Assembly: GCF_009914755.1 (NCBI RefSeq)
Contig: NC_060933.1
Reading direction: 5' to 3' (one strand)
Length of the DNA: 64,000 nucleotides
DNA from: the human T2T-CHM13v2.0 reference genome, Homo sapiens
Each line of letters starts with the position of its first letter. The stretch's first letter is position 1. This document shows positions 1 to 12,619 of this stretch, one piece after another. The notes below the pieces were generated by a model. It searched no databases. It was not told where the DNA came from and worked only from the letters and a program-made list of their open reading frames with translations. The position numbers were made by a program, and so were the translations under genes.

Positions 1-652
1 AAATTAATCTTGCAACAACTCAAATAACCTCATAAGTTATTTAGCTCCTTCTCATTATTATAAACTCAGAGCCTGAATCACTGGAAAGCTACGCTGCCAC
101 CAATGCCAGGATTCATGACTTTGTCATTGTGTCACGTTTCAGCAGTGACTTTCAATAACCAGAAGTTGTGAAGATGTTAGGCAGCTTCATATGGAAATAA
201 CGCTTTATTCAGGTAATGATCTAAATGTCCATTTTTTGTTACTAATAAACCACCACGTAACTTTCCATAAAGAAATGAAACTTCCTACTTCAGAAAAACA
301 CTATTCTATTAATTTTTCTCTATGTGGGGGTCTAAATTAAATATGAAACCTGTGCCATATATTTCCAATGAGAGGCTATGCAAATTTTCTATAAATATTC
401 AAGGTGGACCTGTCCCTTCCTCATTTCTCTACATTCCATTTTCTAATTAAGACTCGATTTTCAATAAATAAAAACTAATTATATGAAAATACTGGCCACT
501 ACCCCAAAAGTAATATCTTAACAATCAGTGCTTCAGATGAATTAAACTAACTGTATATTTTTTTAAATTGCTAAACTAGATTCAGTTCATCTCTTTCTTA
601 AATGTTTTCAAATCATATCTTTTGAATGTTTCAACCTAGAAGCATCTTCATG

Positions 653-749
653 TTGCTGCCATTTAACATTATATTAAACTATGGTATCGTTGGACAATAA
701 TTGCTACCATTTAACAATTATGCTAAACTATGGTATCATTAGACAATAT
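653..749. repeat. Diverged tandem duplication, 2 x ~48 bp
   Basis: ttgctgccatttaacattatattaaactatggtatcgttggacaataa (653-700) is followed by ttgctaccatttaacaattatgctaaactatggtatcattagacaatat (701-749). Confidence 0.9.
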
Positions 750-3700
750 AGAATACTTATGACTTACTCTACCTATACAGAATTTTCATATATGCTGTTT
801 ATATTTGTCTTTCCATCACTGCAAGCTTCATAAAAACAAACAAACAAAAAAGTATGTCTAATTTGTTTGCCACTATTCAACTAGGGTCTTGCAAATAGCA
901 CTAGGTTTGACATACAACATGATTCGAAGAAGATGGTGATGTAAGATGTTTACATTTTAGTCATCTAAGAAAATAAAGGAAGAAAGAGAAGGAAAAAGGG
1001 AGATAACTTGAAGAGGAGGAGGGCTGGAAGAGAAAAAGACCTTGTGTAAATAAGGAGATTTGAGTGCTTGTTTCAGCCCAGATATTAAACAGTTAAGTTA
1101 TTTTGAAGCAAGTGCTACTCTGGTGGAACAGTGAATTTAATCATCTGAACTCTGAAGTTCTTTGCAGATTTTATACTTCTTAACCTTAATTTGCAATATA
1201 GGTACATATGCACCAAACACATGTATGATATATATGATTCCTGATACAATTTAAAGTATATCAATGCCAAGTTTTATAAAAGTATTCAAATACTATATGA
1301 GAAATTACAAGATAGCATTCTTCTCATTGAGAGTAAAGAACTGTGTAATTCTTAACACTCCATACAGTTACAAAATATCTTGAGAGCTTGGAAGGCAGTC
1401 TCAGTTCCAGTATTTACCTACAGTATTACAGAACCTGCTACTATAAAGTATCATAACAAAACCATTACCTAATTGTTCTGGGAGTGACATTCAACTCTAT
1501 ATGTAGTAGAAAAAGAAAATTGTTCAAATGTATACCTTAGGTAGTTAACTTGGAAAACTGCACTTGCATTTCCTGAAGGAATGTAATCATGATCATTTCA
1601 TTTGTGCCACATAACTGCTATAACAGCAAGACGCTTTTTCATAAGAGAACACATTTGTGCCATAAATAAGCAATAATGTATAGAGAAAACCATCAGCAAG
1701 GATATGAAAGCTGAGTTTTGCTATGGCATTCCTTATTATTTTATGACATTTGAAGCAATAGAGTTTTTTCCTTCTGTTAAGAAATCTGAATAGTATCAAC
1801 ATGAAAAGGCTAAGAAAACATTTTCTATTAATACTTCGATAGATTCTATATGTAGGGGAAATGTGCTCAGTACAAAGTAAGATTCCTAAAAGACAAAGTA
1901 ATATTTCTAAAAATAACTAGACAACACATATCTACTGAAGGCTTGTCCGTTTTTAGAATTACATAAATTAATCCAGAAATGGGACTGCTATAAGGCATTA
2001 AAACCACATGTATCTTAGTGTCTTTCACATGATGCTCATGTTATTCTGCCTTGTTTTATTGCTGTGTACTAGTTTGATTCCCTGATAGATTGTACAGTAT
2101 TTGAGAATAAAGTTTGTTTTCACTGCAGTTCTTAAGAATTTATGAATCTGATCCAGTTTAATGGAGGCATCAGTTGGGCTCACTATTTTTCTTTATGCAT
2201 AAGTTTATTTAAATAATATTTTGAACATAAACTGACATTATGATTCCTATCTAATTTTGAGATACATAAATAGCAAAATTTCATTTGATGTGAAAAAATC
2301 ACAAGCTGTTATGTGTGTGTTTATATGCATGTAGATATTATAGTTAGCAATTTTTTGATAATCAAAAACTCAGAATTAAAATTAAATGTCAGAATAGGTT
2401 TATCTCATAGGTCTTTTAATCTCCACATTACTCAGTAGTCATGGAAAGAAAATACAACTTATTTTTAAATAGGATTATATAATTGTACTGATTAATATAT
2501 AGAAGTAAAAAATAACCATTGTAAATATCTATATTTATATGAAATCACTAGTTATATCAATAAACTTAATTTCAAAGAAATACTAAAGAAATATATAATT
2601 CAATATAATTTTTAAAAAGTGACTACAGTATCTTCATAAGATGGTTTTAACACAGAATTCAACCCAGATTGGTAGAAAAAAATTATCCACTTCACTTTTT
2701 TGTCTGTCTTCTCATTGGTAGCTCAATCATAAGCTAAGCAGAATTCCATCCCTAACAAATTCCATCCCTATCAAACTCCCATAATAGTGAACAATGTCAC
2801 CATCTAACTTGTTGCTCAATTTAAAAACTTGAGCGTCATCACTGACAACTCTCTCTCCTTCCGCTTCATATCCAAATGATCACTAACACCTGAATTTGAT
2901 CTTTATTTAAACTTTCACTTATTTATTGGCAAAATTACATAGAACTTCACACAGCTGTATTAAGTGATATATACCTAAATATATGTATATAATATATGGC
3001 ATGTTATTCTGATAGTTTTAACAGCTGTAACAGTTGATTAATTTTACACTTTGGAATGTCAAAAGCAAAGTTGTATGTGAAAAATTAATCTTATTACTAG
3101 TGTACTAGTGTGGTAGCTGGATTTGAATAGTTTTTAAGATAAAGTTTTAGAAACTCTTTCACATAGAAATTCATCCTATATAACATATTACAATGAAGGA
3201 GAACTTATGTTTTAAGTTACTTTGGATTATGTTCACTGATACATTAGGTTTTAAATAGACTGTATCAATATCTACATATACAAACATTTACACTCCTGTG
3301 TAAAAAAAAAAAAAAAAAAGAAGTTATGACTCTAGGGAGAAGAAGAGCTATGAGTTACACGTAAAGAGTCCCTTACACAGCCTGGCTTTAAAATTAAAAT
3401 TAAAAAAATAAATAAAAACCAGGTATGGGTTCTGACTATTTATATAGTGATTATTGATAGTGATAACCATCTATGAACTTAATAACTGCTATTAGTGAAT
3501 AACTTGATAAAATATATTTAAAAAGAAGAAAGCTTTTCTAACGCATAGGGCAAAAAAGATCAACTTCTAATACTGCTTCAGCCTTTGTTAAGAATCACTT
3601 CTCTTCTCATACATTAACTACATTTATGAACTATGCTAGAATTCAATGGTCGTAAGAAACCAGATCTGACATATCTGCCCGGACATGCAATTAGATCAGC

Positions 3701-4699
3701 TCTTTTTCCATTTTAATCCTAATACAAGAGTTTCTAATTTAAGCATTCAAACTAAATGGAAACCTCTAAGGTCTGTCAGTTTCATCCACAAAGCTCTTTT
3801 GTTAGACAGTTCCATCAAAAGTTAGACAATTCATTTTACTAGGAAAAGAACTGATCAGTAGAAGAATAAATTGTATCCTTAATGCATGGACAGATCACTG
3901 GATTACTGTTAAAGTATTATTACTTAAGCAGAATCTCCTTTTGAAGGAGTCTTGCAGTCCATGTCATAAACTGATTAAAAATCAGTGAATGAGTACTTTC
4001 TACCTTTGTTGTATGTTAATGAGAAAGCCTCTATCCCAGAAAGCTTTTCTGGAAGCTGGTAACCTTTAGCTTCCTGAAACTAGAGCATATTAGAGCTATG
4101 CAAGCACAAAAGTTCTAATCACCAGTTCCTAGAACAGAAACTTGTATTTTAAAATATAATTTATTTCATTGAATGAAAACTTTTTATATTTGATTACCAG
4201 CCTTCATACTCATATTATTATATGTCAACAAATAATGAAATCATGTCACTCTTCATATGTGTATATTTGTTTGTATTAAGGAGAATGATACATAAGAAAG
4301 AGTATTTTATGTGTGCATCTATGTGTGTATGTGGGGAGAGAGAGAGGGGTGAGGAATAATTACTCAGAAAGTACTAGCTATAGAAAATAGTCTTCTGACT
4401 CAGAACGGCAAAGAGCCAACTTTCTTGTAACGAATAAAACCTTAGAATGGTCCATTTAAAAACCACAAATAATTGATGTAAATAGAAACACGGCATAAAT
4501 ACAAAGCATTTATTAGTATTTTCATTTAATCTCGTTTGAGCTGTATACACTTAGAAAAGTGGCTTAAAAAGATTGCATCAGAGTATTTTTAAAGGACAAA
4601 ATAGATGTTTTTTATTTAATATCAAAACTTATAAATGCTCACTGTGATAGAATATAGAAGAAAGAAAACTAAAATTTATTAGATACTTAACTATGTTCT

Positions 4700-4860
4700 G
4701 GCTTTCTGACCTTCTGACATATGTGAGATCCTAATTATTCAGTTAAGAAAACTGAGGTTCTATCTAGTAAATATCTTACTCAGAGTCCCCCAGTTACAGA
4801 ATGGGACGAGGATTCAAATTTAGGTCTGTGGAATTTCGAGGTTCATTCTCTCTCAGCTGT
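4700..4860 (-). mobile_element. MIR SINE fragment
   Basis: Reverse MIR core: aagaaaactgaggttc...cttactcagagtcccccagtt...ggattcaaatttaggtctg. Boundaries approximate. Confidence 0.7.
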
Positions 4861-6974
4861 GTCTCCACCTTCCACATGTAAGATACTCAGAATAGTTCTA
4901 TTTGAATTTATTTATATCCTTTTTTCCTAGCCCACATTAATGATATTAATGTAAAAGTGAAGTCTTCAAAATGAGATTGATGTTTTAACGTAACACTCCC
5001 TTCACAGTACTGAGGTAAACTAAGAAATTTGTTTGGCAAAATTCCAGGGAGCACATTTCTGAGAATTTAATTGGTAATTTGATTGAAGTGACATACCATA
5101 TTTCAAATGTTTATTTTTTACTGGTTTGAATAACCAAAGAATGTATATAAAGTCCAGAAAGAGGAAAGGAATAAATTATAAAGATATGAAAGTCCTTTAT
5201 CTTTCCAGTTTGAAATAAGTGTTCTGCATACAAAAATAAAATGTTGTCATCAATAAGTTGATGTAAGTTTTCTGGAGTTATTCGGTAACTATCCACATAT
5301 CAAGTTGTATACCCATAAACCCCCAAAATTCTACCTAGGCCTTAATACAGATGAAGTATATATGTATTAAAGCAACTGAAACTTTATTTATAGCACTAAA
5401 ACAGGAAATGATTAATGCCTATTGGTGAGGGATTGGTTAATTAAAACATTAAACATTTATACACTGGTATCCTGTACAGTAATTCAAAAGGATGAGTAGG
5501 ACTATATTTTATTGACATGTAAAGATGTCTATGATATATTGTTTATTTTAAAAAGTAGTATCAAAAATAAACAGTAAAAAAATTATGATCTTATTTGTAT
5601 AACTTGCAAAATTTGTCTATCTTTCGTAGAGGAGAATGTTCAACTTCTAAGATCTTACCTCTCTCTGGTGGGAGTTTGTGTGGCTTTTACTTTCTCCTTT
5701 GTGTTTAAAAGTTACACACAGCTCAATTTTACCAAAACAATGACAAAACTTACAAACAATAATAAAACAATAATCATCATCATGGCATGTGTCTTTGAAG
5801 TCATTGACCTCATATTTAATAAGTTGGCAAATTGTATCGATTCAATCTCTATGTCTTATTTTTGGCTTCTACTGTTCTACCTAAGGTCTTTACTTTCAAC
5901 TGTCTTGTGGCAGTAGTTCCTTTATTGTTGCATCTAGTTTCTCATTCCCCTTCAATGAGTTCCACACATTCTAAAACTGAAATCTAAAACCAAAAATGTG
6001 TTTAATGTCATAATAATCTATCAACTCTAAGGATAATTTTAGGGTAAATATCACATTTTTCTTCTACTCCTTTTTTCCCTTAATGCTTTACCTCGCTTTT
6101 TATGGATACATTGTTGTATTTAATGCAAAAGCCTTGAGTTTGGGTTATAGGAACTACTGATGAGTGTTTTTTGTAACATTATTAAAAACAGACTAAAGTC
6201 ATCGTTTCTCTTTAAATATATTACTTGGTTACCCTCAAAGTGCAAACATAAAAGGATACAAATTTGTTAGCCAGTCTTTAAGATGGCTTCACAATCTGAT
6301 TCCTGTATAGCTTTATATCTTCTTTACTCTCTTTTCTACCACGTGCTTTGTTTATTACTGATTACTCATGGCTGTGACCCCCAACCCAACCAACTTTCAT
6401 CCTGTTTTCTTAGGCTGATACTTCTTACAGCAGTGCAATCATTTCCACCTCTATCAAAGCTCCAAATATTACCATACCTTGCTCAAATTCTATTATTTCC
6501 CCAAGCCTTATGAGATCTTCCCATTCATCATTTACCCCTCTCATCCTCACTTTCCAACTAGATGTTTTAATTTTCTTATAGTGCTCAACTACTGAATAGG
6601 CCTATGCGTATTGTGATCACAGCCAGCAAAACTGTCTCTCCATCAGTCACTGGTTTGCCCGAAAGTCATAAAATAGTTTATGTTCATTCATTTTACAAAT
6701 TATACAGCAGTAAAAACGGTAAGGAAGTATTATTTAAATTATGTGTAGTAGCATTTTCTACCCCTTAGAAGCTGGCTCTAACCCTAAAAGTGAATTCATT
6801 TAAGCACACAGGGATTTCTAGAGGTGATCTGAGTGCTGACAGTGATGGCCAACTCATCTAGAAACTAGACAATCATCCAGTTTGGATTAGCTGCAACATA
6901 CTGCTGAATGTTTAGAGAACTGGTCACCAAGCATTAGCGTACCTCTGAATCATTTGTGGTGCTTGGCAGAAGGC

Positions 6975-7125
6975 AGGTTTTCAGATTGATGTCCAGAAAC
7001 ATTTATTCAGAGGTCTGTAGGGTAGGACAGGGAAGCAGTAATCTGCATTTTGTCAAGCATCCTTGGTGACCTTGCCACAAATGGTCTGGGGTGGAGAGCT
7101 CCCACTTTGTAAAACATTCTCTTAG
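6975..7125. mobile_element. MER5-type hAT-Charlie DNA transposon remnant
   Basis: attcagaggtctg...aatctgcattttgtcaagcatccttggtga...cactttgtaaaacatt resembles the MER5 consensus. Confidence 0.55.
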
Positions 7126-8234
7126 CAATGGAACAATTACAGATATTTCTAAATAAAGACTTATGAGCTGCAAAGATTGTTGGAACAACCTGCAGTAAAA
7201 TAAAATTCTTGTGAAAATGGACAGATTATCGTCCATTTTCAAATTCAAAATCAGAGCTAAAATCATAGATTGCCCTCATCCCACCCAAACTCAACTGATG
7301 GTTTGTTAAAGTTAAAACAAAATGATCTCCACGTATCATCTGAATAAGAAGCCACCAGGTCTCACTCATGAAAAGTGGAAGAAACTCTTATAACAATAAC
7401 TGATTATAAGCACAACCGATAAAACGAAATCATTCTACTGTCAATTTTCCCCCTTATGCAACACTATTGAATAACCATCTGGACCCGACAATTTATTTCC
7501 TGAATGGTCTTCAGCAAGTCTTCGCATTTCCTCTCCAGAAATAAAAAATTTCAAAGGATTTTGCTTATTTGGGGAAATTTTTGCTAACTGCAGTCTTCAA
7601 AGTCTAAATTAGGCCTGATTTGGTTACCCTGAGACATACAACATTAGAATATATTGTATTAATCCTTAAATGCCTTAATTACTACTGCCTTTTTAGTACA
7701 TTGTTGATTTTTTCTTCTAAACAGATCCAATTAAGTTTTGATTGGCCATTTTTTTTCCCACTGAAATTATAAACTAACTCTTAACTTCTTTGCTCATAAT
7801 AGATTTGTTCATTCAGCATAAAGAGAAATTCAGTTGTATTAATCACTTAAGCCATAAACTTGCCCCTGGCATTTGTTAACATTCTAAAGCTACTTTTACC
7901 TATTTATTTTTATTATTACTTTGCGTACTCTTAATTAGTTCAGCTAACTGATTTTCGTTTCATCTTTAATTGATATCATTTTAAAAATTCAGGACACTGG
8001 TGTTCATAATCATTCTTATAAAACTGTCTTAATTTTCTCCTGCATCTCACACCACAGTATTTTGGGAAAAACTGCACTCCATGAGGCAGAGTGGTCTCCT
8101 ATTGACCAATCCTGAACTTTAGTGTTGAATGAAATTTTGATTCATATGTTTCTTTAACTCAGCTCTTGATTAGCTACTGTAGTGGGAAAAAAAAGTGAAA
8201 CAGTAAATTAATAGCAGATTGTTTCTACAATGGC

Positions 8235-8466
8235 AACAAAGGGTAATTTTTTTTGGCTTAAATAATCTCTTTATTCTAAAAAAGATTTTCTAGTTCTACT
8301 TTTTTTATTATTATCATTATACTTTAAGTTTTAGGGTACATGTGCATCCCATTACTGGGTATATACCCAAAGGATTATAAATCATGCTGCTATAAAGACA
8401 CATGCACAACTATGTTTATTGCAGCACTATTCACAAGAGCAAAGACTTGGAACAAAGGGTAATTTT
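8235..8466 (-). mobile_element. Very short L1PA insertion with 5' inversion and 3' transduction, 16 bp TSD
   Basis: TSD aacaaagggtaatttt at 8235-8250 and 8451-8466. Minus-strand L1 3' terminus at ~8300-8346 (tatactttaagttttagggtacatgtgca). Plus-strand L1 segment at 8345-8453 (catcccattactgggtatataccc...gacttggaac). Non-L1 tract at 8255-8299. Confidence 0.9.
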
Positions 8467-9289
8467 AACCTCTACAGTTGGCGAGATATACAAGGAACAC
8501 AATAGATAGAGATTCTATTAGTATGACTGATAGTAGCATCTTGTTCCTGATTGGTATGGAATTAGTTCTGGACCAAACGTAGGTAATCTAATTTCTATCA
8601 CTAGGAAATTGATATTATTGAAAGAAGGAGACCAAAAGATCAAAGTGGTGCATCAAGTAGAGTTCTAAAAACAATTTGTGAGTGCTTTAGAAGGAATAAA
8701 GACCATTTTTAAAGTACCACATTAAACACATTTTGAAAATTGATACTTCTTATGTGTGAGTGTTTGAAGTATTGAAAAATGATGTTTTTAAACTTGTTAA
8801 AAATATCAGATTTATTGTACTATTCCAAATAAATTATAACAGTTAAAAATCTATATATTTGTCTTTAATGAATACATTTATGAGTCAGAAACTAAATTTT
8901 CATATAATCTGGCCAGTTTGAATAACTTCATTGTTCTTCAACATCATTTTTATAATTCAAAAGTCCCCATATAAAAATGTTTAAATATAAACCTTTATGA
9001 GAATATTGAGGATCATGTATATACATATTAAAATTATCAGCAAATTTAGATAGTGACTATACAAATGTCAATGATTATAGCCATGTGTCCATAAAGATAT
9101 GCTTAGCACCCAATGACATCACCGACTGTAAAGTTATTAATTCATTTACCATATCCCTTTACAAATGTTCTAATTGCCCCTCAATATCTTTTAGCTTCCT
9201 TTTTTAGCATTTTATCAGATACAATGAGAAAGAGGGAGAGATCTTAAAACTTTAATCAGCTAACAGTAAATTGGAGTAATATTTGGCAG

Positions 9290-9350
9290 ATAATTAGTAA
9301 TTTGTAAAATTTGTAAAATTAGCAATTAGTAATTAGTAATTTGTAATTTC
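9290..9350. repeat. Low-complexity degenerate (TAATTAG/TAATTTG)n repeat
   Basis: taattagtaatttgtaaaattttgtaaaattagcaattagtaattagtaatttgtaattt. Confidence 0.75.
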
Positions 9351-9431
9351 TGTTGAACAAAGAGTAAATATAAGACACCATAAAAATTGTGTTTAATGTA
9401 GAAGCAACAAGACCAGGGAAGCTGAGGGGAA

Positions 9432-11092
9432 TGATATGGTTTGGCTGTGTCCCCACCCAAATCTCATCTTTGAACTTGAGAGAGATGATTTATGGTATCT
9501 GGCAGAAGTAATTTCCAAGCAGCAAAGCATTCAAGAGGTGACTTGGGTGCCATTAAAGGCTTTTAGTTTTGTAAGGGGAGCAGAGCATAAAAGTTAAGAA
9601 AATTTCCAGCCTGGCAAAGTGATAGAAAAGAAACACCCATTTTCTGAGGAGAAATTCAAGCTGGCTTCAGAAATTCACACAAGTAACAAGGAACCAAATG
9701 TTAATCCCCAAGACAATAAGGGAAAACGGAAAATGTCTCTAGGGAATATTAGAGGTCTTCATGGCAGCCCCTCCCATCACAGGCCTAGATGCTTAGGAGA
9801 AAATGGTTCTGTGGGCCTGGCCCAGTGTCCTGGTGCTGTGTGCAGCTTAGAGACTTGGTGCCCTGCGTCCCAGCTGTGCCTGCCATGGCTGAAAGTGGCC
9901 AACATAGAGCTCAGGCTGTGGCTTCAGAGGTTGCAGGCCTCAAGCCTTGACAGCTTCCACATGGTGTTGAGCCTGCGGGTGCACAGAAGTCAAGAACTGG
10001 GGTTTGGGAACATCCACCTAGATTTCAGAAGATATATGGAAATGCCTGGATGCCCAGGCAGAAGTTTGTTGCAGGGGCAGTGCACTCATCGAGAACTCTG
10101 TTAGGGCTGTGAGGAAAGGAAATGTGGGGTTGGAGATCCCCACAGAGTCTCTACTCGTAGTGGAGTAGTAAGAAGAGTAAGAAGAGTCTCTATTCCCTAG
10201 TGGAGCTGTAAGAAGAGGGCCACCATACTCCAGATCCACCAACAGCTTGCACCATTCACCTGGAAAAACCACAGACACTCAATGCCAGCTCATGAAAGCA
10301 GCTGGGAGGGAAACTGTACCCTACAAAGCCACAGGAGTGGAGCTGCCCAAGACCATGGGAAGCCACCTCTTGCATACGGTGACCTGGATGTAAGACCAGG
10401 AGTCAAAGGAGATCATTTTGGAGCTTTAAAATTTGACTGCTCTGCTGGATTTCAGACTTGCATGGGCCCTGTAACCCCTTTGTTTTGGCCAATGTCTCCC
10501 ACTTGGAATGGCTATAGTTACCCAATACCTGTATTCCCATTGTATCTGGGAAGTAACTAGCTTGCTTTGGATTTTACAGGCTCATAGGCAGAAGGGATTT
10601 GTCTTGTCTCAAATGAGACTACGGACTGTGGACTTTTAGGTTAATGCTGAAATGAGTTAAGTCTTTGGGGGACTGTTGGGGAGGCATAATTGGTTTTGAA
10701 ATGTGAGGACTGAGATTTGGAGGGGCCAGGGGCAGAATGACATGGTTTGGCTGTGTCCCCCACAAAATCTCTTCTTGAATTGTACTCCTATAATTTCCAC
10801 ATCTTGTGGGAGGGACCCAGTGGGAGATAATTTGAATCGTGAGGGCAGTTTCCCCCATACTGTTCTCATGGTAGTGAATAAATCTCACAAGATCTGATGG
10901 TTTCATAAGGGGTTTGCACTTTTGCATCTTCCTCATTTTCTGTTGCCACCACCGCCATGTCAGAAGTGCCTTTCACCTCCCGCCATGATTCTAAGGCCTC
11001 CCAGCCATGTAGAACTGTAAGTCTAATTAAAACTCTTTTTCTTCCCAGTCTCAGGTATGTCTTTATCAGCAGCATGAAAATGGACTAATACA
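9432..11092 (+). mobile_element. THE1A MaLR provirus: ~40 bp 5' LTR stub, THE1-int, complete 3' LTR (10738-11092)
   Basis: Starts tgatatggtttggctgtgtccccacccaaatctc. THE1-int motifs present (gaacttgagagagatgatt, aagcagcaaagcattcaag). Polypurine tract ggggccaggggcagaa precedes the 3' LTR, which ends ggactaataca. Flanked by ggggaa at 9426-9431 and 11093-11098. Confidence 0.92.
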
Positions 11093-11589
11093 GGGGAAGA
11101 CTTACATTTGCCACAAACATTCCTGTATAAACATCCAAACCAAAGAAGACTATCATTAGGGGGTTGTTATGAGATGTGATGAGAAGAATAAAAATTGCTA
11201 CTGTACATTAAAACATCACAACTTGTCAGGGATGCATTTGAGAGAATGAGGCAACCTTTATAGTCACTGTATCTGCTGTGAGAAATGAATCACATTGAAC
11301 TAATCACTATAGTAGGGGCAATGCATTTATTAAGGAGTCTGCAGCATAAAGCAAGAAGAATATTATTTTTTCACTATGTAAAGAAAACAGGTATAATTCT
11401 ATATGATTCCATATTAAAACCACAATATAATTTTCTGAAAATAGTAAATTTTTAGCAAATTCTATCATCTAAAGACTATTTTTAATAAATTGGAAAATAT
11501 TGATGTATGGTTTATGATGGGCAAAAAATAAAAATAAATTACCTATATAGCAGAATGGCTATAATGATATTATTATCTACATTTAGGTA

Positions 11590-11820
11590 TTGGTTATTAT
11601 GTGCCTGCTGCTGTTTTGAGTATCTTATTTGATATCAACTAATGTAATAATCAAAACAATCCTATAAAAATACATGATTACTTATTTTACCTATGAAGCA
11701 CAGAAGCCCAGCAAAGTTAGTAGCTTGCCAAATATCACAGAGCTAATACATGGTAGAGATGGAATTCCCAACCAATTTAACCTTAAAGCTCATGATCTGA
11801 ACATTTGTACTTAGCTACTT
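11590..11820 (-). mobile_element. MIR SINE
   Basis: aacaatcctat...attttacctatgaagcacagaagcccagcaaagttagtagcttgccaaatatcacagagcta...ggaattc matches the reverse MIR core. Confidence 0.75.
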
Positions 11821-12419
11821 CACATAGAGAATGAGATTTGAAGTAAATTTTTGAGCTCTATCTACTGATCCATCTATTTATCATCAATTTATTCTCTACA
11901 GAAATCCTGACAGGGAGTTATTATCCACCCAGTTTCACTAATGAGAAAACAAAAGCTACAAAAAAAAATTAGTGATGTATGACTGTATAGCTAGTAAAAG
12001 TAATCTAGACATACGACCTAAATCTGCATATTTCTAATGCCTGAAAATGGAAATAAAAACAGTATAAAAGTGCTAAAGAAGTATATGTAGATGGTAAAAT
12101 GCATGCATTAATGCATTTGTATTCATTTCCTGACATTGGTATTTGACTCTAGCGTAAATCTGTTATAAAATCCCTGTTAACTAAGAGACAGACACATAGA
12201 CCTTGATTATAACGTATACAAATTAAAATATAAAAATACAGACAAATTACCAATGCTGCAGAAGTCTGTTAATAGTGATTCAAGGGACACTTCACTAGGC
12301 TGACAAACAGGTACAAATTTTGAAGTTAATTCTAGGGAATTGTGCAATATTACCCTTTTTATCACACATTTTCAAAATCCTGTTAATAATCTTTAAGAAT
12401 TTTTAAAACTCCTAATAGC

Positions 12420-12590
12420 CCAATTGTTTATGTGTTGATTTCTTTCCCTATTAATTTTCATTATTCCACCATTGAACTATCAGCTACAGGAAGAAAAAGA
12501 CCATGTCTGTTTCATTCACCATGATATACTTATAGCCTATACTGTTAACTCAGAGAAACTACTCAAATATATTTGTTAATGAATAATTAT
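12420..12590 (+). mobile_element. L2 LINE 3' end
   Basis: gaccatgtctgtttcattcacc...tactcaaatatatttgttaatgaat is typical of the L2 terminus. Confidence 0.65.
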
Positions 12591-12619
12591 GCTCAAATTA
12601 TTAGATAGAACTCTGGAAA

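Noticed and set aside
9619-11075. Several ORFs up to 161 aa
   Set aside because: They are frames through decayed THE1-int and LTR sequence.
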